DNA from: Fistulifera solaris
Taxonomy: Eukaryota
Direction of reading: 5' to 3'
Length of the DNA stretch: 64,000 nucleotides
Assembly (NCBI GenBank): GCA_030295235.1
Contig: AP026145.1
Coordinates: forward strand, 1-64,000
Positions 10,465 through 22,410 of the stretch are shown here, one piece after another; position 1 is the first letter of the stretch, and each line of letters starts with the position of its first letter. A program made the translations under genes and the position numbers. The notes beneath the pieces were generated by a model. That model did not search any database. It was given only the letters and a program-made list of their open reading frames with translations, and had not been told where the DNA came from.

Positions 10465-13005
10465 ATGTTAGGCTGGATCAATGATTGCGCTGAAAAGCTG
10501 GTCATTCACAAGTTTGGACTTGAAGCTTGGCATACTGTCAAGTCAAAGGCGAAATGCTACGTCGAGGATGGAGGATTCTTGAAACTCGAAAGCTATTCAG
10601 ATCAAAGCACTATCGACCTTGTTGTTGCAGCAAGTGAAGTCTCCGGACTCACCGTCGATCAAGTCCTTGAAGCGTTGGGTGAATACTGGGCACCGTACGT
10701 TGCTGGCGAAGGCTACGAAAATCTCCTTTGGTGTCAAGGATCGACATTTAAAGACTGGTTGACGAACATTAACGCCATACATTCGCATTTACAGACGACG
10801 TTTCCCAACAAAATGACAATGCCGGAGTTTTGGGTAGAGATGGACGATCACGACGAATCAATTATCTTGTACTACTTGTCGTCAAGAGGAAATCTTCTCG
10901 CTCCCATCGCCAAAGGAATTGTTAACTCTGTGGCCAAGACTGAATTCGAACTCGATATCGTCTTTGAAAAGCTGACAACTCAAGGAGTTGAAGGTGCAAA
11001 GGTCACCAGGTACGTAACGAGTTGAAGGTAACGAAGAACAGCATCAACTTTAGCTCGATCTTACAACGCTTCATCTCCGTCTCACACAATCAGTTGGAGA
11101 ATCACCACCGAGGACCCACTCGACATGTACAAGCTCACGCAAAAGAAAAGTTGCTACGGAGATATTCATCCGGTCTCCGAAATCAAGTGTCCTTTTACCG
11201 GAGTCGTCTACACAACTCCTTCCGAACTCAATGTTGAAGGCAATGAGGAGAGTCATCTCAAGACAGCCAACTCGTGCCCTGTCACTGGAGTAACATTTTC
11301 AAAAGAAGCCCGCTGCCCGATGCAGAGCCGCGAAATGAATACATCTGCGGACTTGATGGCTGAAAAAGATTCCATGACTCAAATTGAAGAGGAAGGCGAC
11401 GAGCCCAAGTTTTCTCGAAGAACCTCATTCAGTGACCAATCATTAGGCACGTCCGTCACGAAAAGCTATTCTTCAACATCTTCAGACCCGAATGGTGGAT
11501 TGTCGGCAAGGGTTACAAAGAAATTGTTTCCCTATCACATTACGTTGGGTCCTGATTTGTGCATTCTTCAAGTCGGTAAAGCGCTTCCCAAATTGTTGAA
11601 CGTGTACGAAGACGACCTTCTTGGAATGCCTGCATCGCAAATATTTGACATTCAAAAGCCCGCGGCTGCCGTCTGGAGTTCTAGCTGGCTTCGGAAGCTG
11701 GAAGATCAGTCTATGACAGTTAAGCCGACTTTGCCATCCGCTCAAAAGCTCGTCTTCAAAGGCAGTGCAGTTCGTCTCAACGATCGAAAAGCAGCAGACT
11801 GGATCGTTATCCTGTGCCCAGATGCCAATAACTTGGACGAGCTACGCGACATGGAGCTGACTCTGAGCGATCTTCCCGTACATGGATCACACCGTGATGC
11901 TGTCTTCCTCCGAGAGCACCTCAGTAGTCAAATGAACGACGCGTTGAAAATGGAAAAGCTCAGCAAGTCACTGCAAAAGGAAAAGAAACTACTCGAGTCG
12001 CTTCTTCCCGAGCATGCTGCCGAAGGATTGCGAATGGGTCGAAGTGTCGAGCCGCGTCTTCACAACAATGTCACCGTCTTCTTTTCAGACATCGTGGGCT
12101 TTACCAGCATTTGCGACCAGATCTTTCCGTGGGAGGTCATCAACATGCTCAATCAGCTTTACTGCATCATGGACTGCTTGGCGCTGAAATTCAATCTGTT
12201 TAAAGTGGAAACGATCGGAGACGCCTACGTCTGCTGCAGTGGCCTTCCCGATAGTGACGAAAACCATGCTCGCAACGTCGCCAATTTCGCTCTTGCTGTC
12301 AGTCATTGTTGCGGTCTCGTTAAATCTCCTGTGGACGGCAAGCCGATTCAGTTGCGTATCGGGATTCATTCCGGATCTTGTGCCAGTGGTGTAGTTGGTG
12401 TGACGAACCCACGTTATTGTGTTTTCGGTGACACTATCAACACTACTGCGCGTCACGAAAGCACTGGCGAGGCAGGAAAGGTTCATTGTTCCGATGTCAC
12501 TCGAAAAGAATTAGAAAGGAAAGCCCCCGAGTTGTTTGCGTTTGAAGATCGCGGTTTGATTGAAATGAAGGGCAAAGGTCAACAGAACACCCACTGGTTA
12601 TACGCTTCCAAAATAAACGAGTTCGCCAACCAAACTGGCTTGAAAGCTATTGTGGATCTCGTGAAGAAGGACTTAACCAAGATGGAATCGTTTAAAGCCG
12701 AAGATACGGTTCGCAGCGACACGCAGGACTTTCTTCATGGAAGTGAATCTCCCCTCTACAGTCCCAAGAAGCATGTTGTTCGACGAGTGTCCGCTACTCT
12801 CACCGAAACGTCAACGAACAGTGAGTACTCCGATGGGAACGACGATTTGCATTCTCTTCGGGTCGCACCAGACTTGCTTGAAAAGAGTCCCTCGACGAAA
12901 CACATTCACAGCGTTTCTTTAGTGCAGGACCTTTCGGAGAGGGAGGTCATTTCTCTACTGTCTCCATCTCTCGAGCTGACGCGAAAGAACTTTTATTTCA
13001 TGTGA
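10465..13005 (+). CDS. H-NOX (HNOB)-HNOBA-guanylate cyclase, soluble guanylate cyclase-like; intron 11010-11093
   Basis: H-NOX start MLGWIN, proximal His in IHSHL, PEF and YLSSR (YxSxR); cyclase FSDIVGFT, KVETIGDAY, RYCVFGDTINTTAR. The 84-nt GT..AG intron joins ORFs 10396-11025 and 11125-13005 in frame (VTSWRITT). Confidence 0.93.
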
Positions 13006-13214
13006 ACTTCGCTCCCGTGTCGTAGATATAATCGATATAGCATAAATTAGAGAATTAAATATAATAGTGCGATTGATCATTACTCCGCGTTGTTATTACT
13101 GCTGCACGAAGGGATTATGCGTCTCGTTACCAGGTATGGCGTTGGGGTGTGGTTGTCAAGTGCGAGAGGCAAGCCTTGATCTGTGCTTGATCTGTGCATG
13201 TGCAGTGTCTTAGA

Positions 13215-13420
13215 TCTCACAGAAATTCTGTGTGATGTGGTTACTTCACGTCCACAGAAAATCTGGGAAAGCGATGCCTTCACGTCCACAGAAAATCTGG
13301 GAGTATCAGTGCAACTGGTACAGTAACATCACAGCAATCTATGTACGTGGCATCGTCACGCCCACAGAAAATCTGGCTATTTGTGTCTTCTAACCCAGAA
13401 ATTCTGTGTATGCGTCCACA
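13215..13420. repeat. Degenerate ~34-bp minisatellite (TTCACGTCCACAGAAAATCTGGG core)
   Basis: CAGAAA(A/T)TCTG cores at about 13220, 13255, 13289, 13365 and 13396. Confidence 0.75.
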
Positions 13421-13803
13421 TCGCGTAAAATCTTCCCTCATCACGAAGTGCACGTGTCGGTCGATGGATAAAGCAAAGAAGGTTCAGAACAGTTGTCGAG
13501 TTTGTGCATATAGCAAGGTTCACGCAGCAAATGAGACACGTTTCCTCTGTCTTTTCGGAGCAAAAAAGATTTATTTTATAACTCTCTTACGGAGTGGGAA
13601 GGTCAGCCGAGCAGGACTGCATTTGAATCGAGGAGTCGTCCTCACTCCTCACATCACGTGAAAGTCATTGTGGTCTGTCCGCTGGTCGATAGCGCTTGCG
13701 CATCGATTGCAAAACAATAAAAACAAACATTGCGTTTCATTTTAGTTCTTGTAGTCTATCCTTACATTCTTCGAGCGTTTCAGCAAGCAACGAATGATAA
13801 AAC

Positions 13804-15483
13804 ATGCATTCCATACGAGCTTTCAGTCATTTGTTCGCCTTTTTACTTGTTGCTTATGGCTGGAAAGAAAGCTGGAGTTTTGCGCTATTACCTTTTTCAG
13901 TCACGTCTAGTGCCCTCAACGGACGTCAATTTAAGTCTTTAGCACGCAGCAACACTGTTTGTTGGGCAACGCCCAAGAATGTTTCTTCCTCATCTTCGTC
14001 GTCATCTTCCTTGCCGGAAACTCCCCTGGCTCAGCCGCAGCAATCGCTAAAAGATGAAGTAGAAGCATCAACTGTATCACAGCAAAGAAACTCACGAGTT
14101 GCTAAACGAATGAAATTGCAATGGTGCAATAATGGCTTTTGTCAAGATGTTCTTCGAGAAAAAGTTGTAGGAACGAGAAATCAAATTGTTCTTCGAGGTC
14201 CAGCGACAGGTCAGGTTGTTTATCACTGGCAATCGGTGACACAGGAGACTCGAAACAATAATAAGAAAAGCGATTTGTATCAAGAGCAGACAGATACGGC
14301 CACTGTGATAAAAGACCCTTTTGTTTTAATACTCATTCGACCAGGAGATGATACTCTTATTCAAGCAGCTGCCAAGGCGATTCAAGAACTGAGCGAGTTT
14401 GGTGTGCAAGTCTTACTAGACCCGAGTACGGCCGCTCGTGTGAAATATTACTTTGGTGTCGATAGTGACAATGTTCATCTCTTTGAAGCAATGCCAACAC
14501 CCGGGTTCGGTGATGATATTCGGGACGAGTCAGATACGGACACCCTTCGTGATCACGATTCATACTTGTACGGTCAGTCACATCCTACTGGAAACCCTGT
14601 GGCTGCTCACGCGCCGGATCTTATCTGCACTCTCGGTGGCGATGGCTTGTTGATGCATGCTGGGATGATGTTTCAAGGGGCGGTACCGCCCATTTTGTGT
14701 GTTGCGGGTGGTAGTTTGGGATTCTTGACGCCGTTCCGACAAGATGAAATGGTGGAGGCTCTTTTGATTGCACTGGGACTGCAAACAAGTAGCAGTATTG
14801 CCGATCAAGACAGTACCCCACTCATACTGCCCGATATCGATGTATTTCCGCCGAATATGCCCACATATGCATATACTCCGAAAGAAGTCAACGGTGATCG
14901 CACTCGACCCAAGTTAAAGTTTGGACTCGGTAATCGCATCTACCTTTCGATTCGAATGCGATTGGAATGTGCGGTAGTGAGCAAGGATGGGTCCATCCGG
15001 TCGCGGTACAACGTCCTTAATGAGGTGGTTGTAGATAGGGGAAGTAGTCCTTACCTTGCGGCGTTGGAGTGTTTTTGCGACGACTCTCATTTGACAACAG
15101 TCCAAGCCGATGGAGTAATTTTCGCGACACCGACGGGCAGTACGGCGTATTCGCTCGCAGCCGGATCATCTGTGGTTCATCCGGCCGTGCCATGTATTCT
15201 ACTAACTCCAATATGCCCCCATGTATTGTCGTTTCGCTCTATGATATTTCCAGATCATGTGCTCCTGAGATGCTACGTACCGGAAGACGCGCGCGCTGGT
15301 GCGTCCGTCGCCTTTGACGGGAAACATCGACAAGAATTGCGCCGAGGCGAATCGCTCGAAGTCAAAATGAGCCCTTACCCCGTCCCTACGATAAACAGGG
15401 TTGATCAAACCGCTGACTGGCTGGGTAACTTGAAAAGTAATTTCAATTTTAACGCCCGTCCACGTCAACGTCCTCTCAGTTGA
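13804..15483 (+). CDS. NAD(+) kinase, possibly organelle-targeted
   Basis: TLGGDG, GSLGFL, VLNEVVVDRG, ATPTGSTAYSLAAG, TPICPH; hydrophobic N-terminus followed by an S/T-rich stretch. Confidence 0.95.
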   Translation: MHSIRAFSHLFAFLLVAYGWKESWSFALLPFSVTSSALNGRQFKSLARSNTVCWATPKNVSSSSSSSSSLPETPLAQPQQSLKDEVEASTVSQQRNSRVAKRMKLQWCNNGFCQDVLREKVVGTRNQIVLRGPATGQVVYHWQSVTQETRNNNKKSDLYQEQTDTATVIKDPFVLILIRPGDDTLIQAAAKAIQELSEFGVQVLLDPSTAARVKYYFGVDSDNVHLFEAMPTPGFGDDIRDESDTDTLRDHDSYLYGQSHPTGNPVAAHAPDLICTLGGDGLLMHAGMMFQGAVPPILCVAGGSLGFLTPFRQDEMVEALLIALGLQTSSSIADQDSTPLILPDIDVFPPNMPTYAYTPKEVNGDRTRPKLKFGLGNRIYLSIRMRLECAVVSKDGSIRSRYNVLNEVVVDRGSSPYLAALECFCDDSHLTTVQADGVIFATPTGSTAYSLAAGSSVVHPAVPCILLTPICPHVLSFRSMIFPDHVLLRCYVPEDARAGASVAFDGKHRQELRRGESLEVKMSPYPVPTINRVDQTADWLGNLKSNFNFNARPRQRPLS

Positions 15484-15872
15484 TGAATTTGAATGAAAAA
15501 GGAACGAAATTACATAGAAGAAATGGTACGTGTCTCATAAGTGCGCTTTTATCGATCAGTTCCTATGATTCAAGTTTTTATCGAGAGACCCTTTGCCGCT
15601 GCAGTTTGTCTAGCATGTCTAGATGAACTGATAGTGTCGAGGAACCGGTCCAGAAACTGTTGCTTCGCTCTGTGGACAGAGCCTATTCTGTTGCACAACG
15701 GAAGGACTGGATCGACTTGTGATTACACGAGTCGGTTGATGTATCGTAATGGATTATGAGATATGAGGGATGCTTGTTACCTTTATGTTCGTCCATGTCT
15801 TTTTGAGGCACTTGATCTCACAATTTATAAGTGACTTGTCTCTTTGCAATCCACGCAAGTGCACTTGTGAGC

Positions 15873-18075
15873 TCACAAGGAGTTATCGCATGAAATGGAG
15901 CGCTTATGATAATCATCCAAATCGATTACTAGTAGGCCTTCATGGAACGGAATGGCGCCTTCCGACAACAGATTTCCCGTTTTTGTGTTGACTACAATAT
16001 GTCGTTCATTACACGTCATTTTCAAGCTTTCATAGTCTTCAATACCTCCCAAAGCGGCATGTCGAATGCGATTGACAAACCGGACACGGGGACTTGTCCC
16101 TGGTGCACGTATATCAAATACACCCCCATCGACCTGTTTTCCTGTGAAGCATTCCTGATGAACCGGATGATCGATTAACGTAATGATTTCATACACGAGT
16201 ATAATCAGTGAAATATGATCCTGACCAAACACAATCAAACGTTTTCCATCGTAGTGAATTTGGGGAGTGCGTTGCGTGGAGAGGGGAAGGTGAATCATGG
16301 TGTGAATTTGGAATTGCCGATTTTGCGTCTCAGTTTGCATCCCATAATGCCACACGAGAAGCGTACTACCGTGAATTTGGCTTTTATGGACCGTGCAAAA
16401 ACCGCGTTCTTCGATAGATACACTCTTGGGTGGATGAATCGACTGAATCGGTGATTCGGTAGCAAACGGCACGACGTCATTGAGCCCTATTTCTTGGACG
16501 AGGACAGGAGTTGCTGGCGTTGTGCACATACTCCACAGCATGAGTCGAGCTGGAAGAGTTGCTACAATCAGGTAATTCCCCGTGGCACAGATGCCCAGTG
16601 CCGAAACCCGACGTTGACATTCGATGATAAGCTTGGCAGCTGGAAAATACCGACTGGGATCGACAATGCCATCAGAGTCACTCTGGGACGAGGCAGAATA
16701 TTCCACCATAGGATATACCAGCACCTGCGAATTTCCCAGAGGTTGATTCCAGTGTCGAATGAGGTGATCGCCATTCGGCATGGACGGATTGAGATACACC
16801 AGCTTATTAATGGCGCACAATTCGACCCACTGAAAATCTCCTCGCACACGACAAATCCATTGCGAGAGCGTCTGATTTCCTTTCCGGAACCATGACATGA
16901 TTTCAAAACATTCTAAAATCGATTCATCATGATTAAAACGCTCAGTATAAAGAGCCCGTCCAACCGACAGCATAATAGTACTACCCGTCGCTTCATTCTT
17001 GTCGTCTACATTCAGCATGACGGGTTTCGCATCTAAACCAATGTGTGCGATTTCGACCTGTACTTCACCGGACTCGTCTTGCTCATCCATGGGAAAGAAA
17101 CTTCGATGTGTACTTTGCTGGAGTCGCGAAGCATGTTTCCAAAAGTAATGCACCCAATCCACGTCCAACATAGGATCGTCGTGAGAGATGAGGACATGAT
17201 GCGGATCTTTGTGATACTTGCTGTTGTAAAGGGAATGATTGCGTCGTACTCGATCTTCAAAGGCGACTGCTGCCAATTCGATGCGTTCATCTTCTTCTTG
17301 CTCTGGTGTCCATATGTTACGGCTGGTCGTCGCAGTGAAAGAATGAAACAAAGTCGAAAATGGAGGCGAATGCAGAGGCGTTGAGTGCGTGCTCGTCATC
17401 GATGATGACAACGATGACGACAAGAAAGAAGGCTGGTCGCTGCTATACGGTAAGCAATCACTTGGTGAGGTGATGCAAGCGGCTGCTTGTTGCATAGCTT
17501 GTTCCATCATTCCTTCGTCGGAATGAACGGCATTGTCGAGTACCGATGCATAGAGGGAAAGACTGTGCGTGAAGGGATTGAGTAATAAAAATTCACTCCC
17601 CTGCCGCCGTAGAAGTAAGTACAAATGAATCACAAGCAAAATTGACCGGCGGGGGATCGTTCCACCAGATAGTTTCAGGCTCGCCGGCAGTATCATCGGG
17701 TAAAATAGGAAGAAAACTAAAGAGGCGATTGGGTAGCGACAAACTGCTGCTACTGTTACGAAGACGACGATGACGACCCCACAGTGTCTTTTGTAGCATA
17801 ATACGATATTGTAACTCCTGCAAAATCGTCTCAACGGAACCGTCGTGAGGAAAGTCTTGACGAGAGAAACCTTGTTGACAAAAGAAATTTTTCCAGACGT
17901 GTTTGAGGGACGGCAATGTCAATCGCGATTTCCAAGATGAATTAATCAGATTTTTCCATCGCATTGCAGAAGAGAGATCCAAGTAGGAAAGAACAATGGC
18001 TAACAAGTCTTCTCCCAAGTCTTGGAGAGAGCAAAGAGTCATTGCCGCTGCTAATGCAGGGAGAAGAAGAATCAT
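15873..18075 (-). CDS. F-box-like protein with a C-terminal beta-rich (possible propeller) region; frameshift near 17600
   Basis: LQDLGEDLLAIVLSYLDL..MRWK..NSSWK in ORF 17593-18075, continuing into ORF 15873-17834. Confidence 0.6.
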
Positions 18076-18679
18076 CTTCTGTCATTCTCTATTATCGTAA
18101 TAATCTTTGCAGTGGCCCCAGTATAATATAAAGTCGGTCTGCTTTGCGAAGAGGATTTCAATAAGGTTACAGTGAAAGCGAAAAGCAACAATACTTGAAG
18201 AGGAAACAGTTCAGCTTTTCGAATGAATAAGAATGATTTTGACGTTGGCGAATTTTTTGTGTGTTCTTTTGTTCTTTTCTCGAACGAGACATCGCCCTCA
18301 AGAATCTTCAATGTCGCTGCGGCAACCAGCGACCATAGTATTTCAATATCAGCATAGCCGAAAGTGAAGACTACTTTTTTCACCACGACTGCATTTCAGT
18401 CATGAATGGACTTCGTTTTCGTCGCGCCTCTCTTCGCAAAGGATACAAGTAGAAACCGCATCATCGCATCGTCCCATCATGCATTCTGTTGTATCTATTC
18501 TATTGCCTAGTCTAGTGCGCTTTACAATGCTCTTTTTCTTGTAGTCTAAATGGGACACAAAGTCGAAATCCGATCTCTTATTTGCGGTTTTAATAATTGT
18601 ATTTGTTAGCGCGAAACTGACAACAACGCTCGAACCGCTCTCATCTTACGTACGATACTCGCAATCTGCTAACAATAAC

Positions 18680-19447
18680 ATGCTAGAAGGAGAGGAAGGT
18701 AGCGACCTCATACCAGTACAATCATTTTTGCAAGATCAGGCTGTTTCATTCGATTCACCAGACGGCATCACGGTCCTTCGAACGCACGTGAAACAAAGAG
18801 AAACATGGGATTGCGGTATTGCTTGTCTGGTAATGATTCTTTCGCATGATGGCGGCGGCAATCAAGAGCTTTATAGTATTTTACTTAATCGAATAGGAAA
18901 GAGCACACAATCAATATGGACGGCAGATCTGGTTTGGTGTTTCTATCATCATTACAGCGAAACTGATGAAGAACGACATTGCTGCTGTTTGTTTGTGACA
19001 AAATCATTGTGGCCGAATCAGGAATGGGAACAATTAGAATACTATCAACAAGGCTATGCGAGCGATTCACAGCGTGTGACATATCGGGTTCACGAAATAA
19101 TGCAGCAGCAACATTCACAAAGTCATGTGCTATTGTGTCCTCGGACGGAGTCCCTTTCTATTCGAGCTGTCAAAGACTTGGTGAAACGAGAAGATTGTGT
19201 CGCCATGGCGTTGGTAGATCATAGTTTGTTGTTAAACCAACCACCGCTCGCCCCCACGGGACACTACGTTGGTCATTACATTGTGCTGACAGGAGTGCTA
19301 CCTAACAATATGCTGGTAGTCCACAATCCAGCCTTGGATGAGGGACCGACTTACGTTTCGCTTGAGATCTTTGAACAAGCTTGGAGAGCACAAGGGACAG
19401 ACGAAGATATTGCCTTTTTCTTCACTCAACAACAGCGTGCACATTGA
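18680..19447 (+). CDS. GUCD1/AtGC1-family protein (peptidase C39-like fold)
   Basis: HVKQRETWDCGIAC, SIWTADL, GHYIVLTG, FEQAWRAQGTDEDI. Confidence 0.85.
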   Translation: MLEGEEGSDLIPVQSFLQDQAVSFDSPDGITVLRTHVKQRETWDCGIACLVMILSHDGGGNQELYSILLNRIGKSTQSIWTADLVWCFYHHYSETDEERHCCCLFVTKSLWPNQEWEQLEYYQQGYASDSQRVTYRVHEIMQQQHSQSHVLLCPRTESLSIRAVKDLVKREDCVAMALVDHSLLLNQPPLAPTGHYVGHYIVLTGVLPNNMLVVHNPALDEGPTYVSLEIFEQAWRAQGTDEDIAFFFTQQQRAH

Positions 19448-19456
19448 GCACGCTTT

Positions 19457-21874
19457 TTAATATTCACAAAGGAGCACGTCGGGTACTGACGGTGGAATTC
19501 GTCCTAGCTTCCAAAGTACTTCGCGGCGTTGATACACGAGACTTTGTCGCATTAAGGAGCTCACCGACGTCTTTAAATCCTCGCGGGGTCCGACAAAGGC
19601 TGCCCATGTAGGATCGCGTGACAATTGCAACAGATTGGGTAACGTTATTGTTTGAACTTGAATGATCGTGCAAGTCGGAAAATAATTCAAAATAGCGTTC
19701 ACCTGATCCGAGTCGCCTTGTGCTTGTACGAAAGTTATTTGACACGCGTCAGTTGAATTCGACAGGACCGGCTCCAAACATCGTCTAGTCTCCTGCAAAA
19801 TGAACGTCATTTGTCCATTCAAGTCCCCAGCGTCGTACCACAACACTCTCATCGCTTGCGGATCCGCAGGTACGCTGGACTCAAAAGCGTCTGTTGATGA
19901 TTGCAAGTGAATACTTTCATGCAACAATGCACCGTACAAGTAGTCTGCTCCTTGTGCGAATAGCATGTCGAGAACGTTGGTAGGGGCTTTTGTGACCGAA
20001 AAATTCCCGTTTGCGATGAATGAATTTAGTTCATGTTTAGCAAGAGAAGTAAGTAGCGTTCGGTTGGAGCTGAAAGGATTGTTATTCAGCCCACCCACAG
20101 GCAAAATTTCCCTCCATGCTTCGTAGGATGGAAGCCACTCTTTACAGCAATTGCAGGCCGAGTGCAAATTGTCGTTTCGTTGGTGTACTTCACTAATAAC
20201 GTTTGGTTTGTTGCGATGGCAAGAAGAAATTCTGAAAGTTTAAACAGAGCGCAAATTAGCACGCAATCTTTTTCAAAAAGAAGGATAATAGGATCGAGCG
20301 AGCATCGATTACGCACCGTGAAGGAATGACCGCAATTTCTTTTCAATTGTGTCGTCCGCGGAATCACAGGGCAAATACCCTATAAGATAGGACCGATTCA
20401 AAGGATATTCCAATTTTCGCAAAGCGTCGACGGAATGTTCCGACTTGTATTGTTGTAAAACTTGTGCTGGTTCCAGCGGCTGATTGTGCCAATGGGCAAT
20501 GAAATGGGGTGTCCCAGGACCATAATTGTAGCCTTTGCCGTAACGGCCCGGTAGTTGACAGAAGGGAATCCTTTCCGCACTATCCCGGCCCAATCTCCAG
20601 TCATCAATCCTACGTTCGTATTCCACAATTTCTTGAAGCAGCATATACGAACTTCTACCAGGATCGCCAACGAGTGCCGACCTCGCCTGACTGACCATAG
20701 CCAAATCTCGAATGAAGCCAACTCCTGGATTGGGCCCGTGTTCATCGCGAAACAGCAAGGGCGAAGACGCCATAGACGCATAATCTTCGTTACTGACGCC
20801 GGTGCAGTTGCGGTCCGCCAACCACTCTTTTAGTAAATGCACAGTCGACGGTCTGTCAGACATGAGATAAACGACACACTTCGCCGACTGCGTCCGATTA
20901 AGAAGCAAAGTCTCAAGACACCTGGTTTCATCGGTGATAAACGACCCATCATCTCCGACCACAGTATGACGGCTATGCAAGGCCACCGTGAAATCATCTG
21001 CTTTCGTCTGAAATGAAACTGAGGTTTGTATTGTAAAGAACTCATGAAACAGCATACCTTGATTACACGCGCAAGGAGACATCATTATGAGAGAAAGAGA
21101 CTATTGTCTCGAGCGCCTAACTGACACATTCCTATCCAACACCTTACCTAGCAAGTAATCAATTCCGTAGCGATAAAGCCTACCCGTCCTTCGAATCGCT
21201 GCATCATCCATAGCCATAATGTATTGTCGATGGTTTCGTTTGTGCATAGGATCATCTCGCCAATCGACTCGAAAGAATTGCTTGTGTCGTGACATTTGAT
21301 CGGGAATCATGGGAAACACCACGGTTTGATATTGCTGATATTCGTGTATTCGCAATGGATCCATTTCAATCGGAACTGGTTCGGTCAAATTCAATCGCGG
21401 CGCCCATCCGTCCCAACTTGGTAACCAGCTAGCTCGTTGTAGAATCTTCTGACATTCATGTACAGAATTGGGGTCCGAAAAATCCGTATCGTACTTCCAT
21501 AACATGGTACGATTGTGTATTATGGCCCAGATAGCCGTATTGAACATGCTGTGTAATATATTTCCAGCTCGATTGGGGCAGTAATAATAAATGAGAGCGT
21601 ATTGTCGATGATTGTTGTTGCTGTTGGTTAGTGTCGTCTCAGAATGCCATTGAATGTATTGCTCGAGTACTTGATCGGGTAAGAAGGGCGGTCTGGTTCT
21701 TTCTTGCGTAAGGACTGTTTCTGTTTCGTTGACAACTTTCGTGTCGCTCTTGATGCTTTTCTGAGTATTCGTATCGATCATGATTTGTTTCGTTAATTCC
21801 CGATGGTCTACCACAACAAGAAAAATAGTCAACGCAACGATACATTGTGAAAAGAGAAGACTCGCTCGTCCCAT
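19457..21874 (-). CDS. Type II membrane protein, putative fucosyltransferase-like glycosyltransferase with an internal domain duplication; intron 21058-21147, frameshift near 20300
   Basis: N-terminal signal anchor; YYCPNRAGNILHSMFN..WAIIHNRTML, VALHSRH, VYLMSDR, SSY; a second degenerate copy (YLIGYLPC...LLAIATNQTLLVKY). Confidence 0.55.
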
Positions 21875-22410
21875 TGTGTCGCTTTTGTTTTCGGAAGTAA
21901 ATAGTCTAAGCGCTTTCGTTTCCCCTGCTACTTTTTCAGGCCGAAATAGTTGTGATCGGTGATCGGTGATCGAAACAAATGAATGGAGGAACAATCTCGT
22001 CGATGAATTGTAGTAAAAGGTTTTCGCTGTTGTAAACTTTCCTTTCAATTACCCGCTTTTTCGCAAATTGCTCTGTATTACTGCTGAAGAAAGAATCACG
22101 AGATTGTATTGATTTGAATGCAATCGATTGAAATAGACTATGATGATGATGAGCATCAAGCATGCGGTCCTTGTCATGAACATGAACCGGTCGCATCAAT
22201 ATTTTCAAACTGAGCCGTTGACGGCCGGCTGGCGATTGTTGTCCGAGTCAAACTCTCAACGGAAAAATTTATTTTTGGTACCGCTAAGATTACTTTGACG
22301 ATTTACAAGTAACGTCTTTTCAGTTCATCGTTCGCTCCTCTTTTCATCGCAACATCTTAACACGGAACATTATTCGAAGAACTGGCTCATAAATAATACT
22401 ATTGCTGCGA

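Noticed and set aside
18680..19447. A second guanylate cyclase forming a cGMP cluster with the sGC
   Set aside because: The GUCD1 family name is historical; the sequence shows a C39 peptidase-like Q..WDCG/H pattern and no class III cyclase motifs
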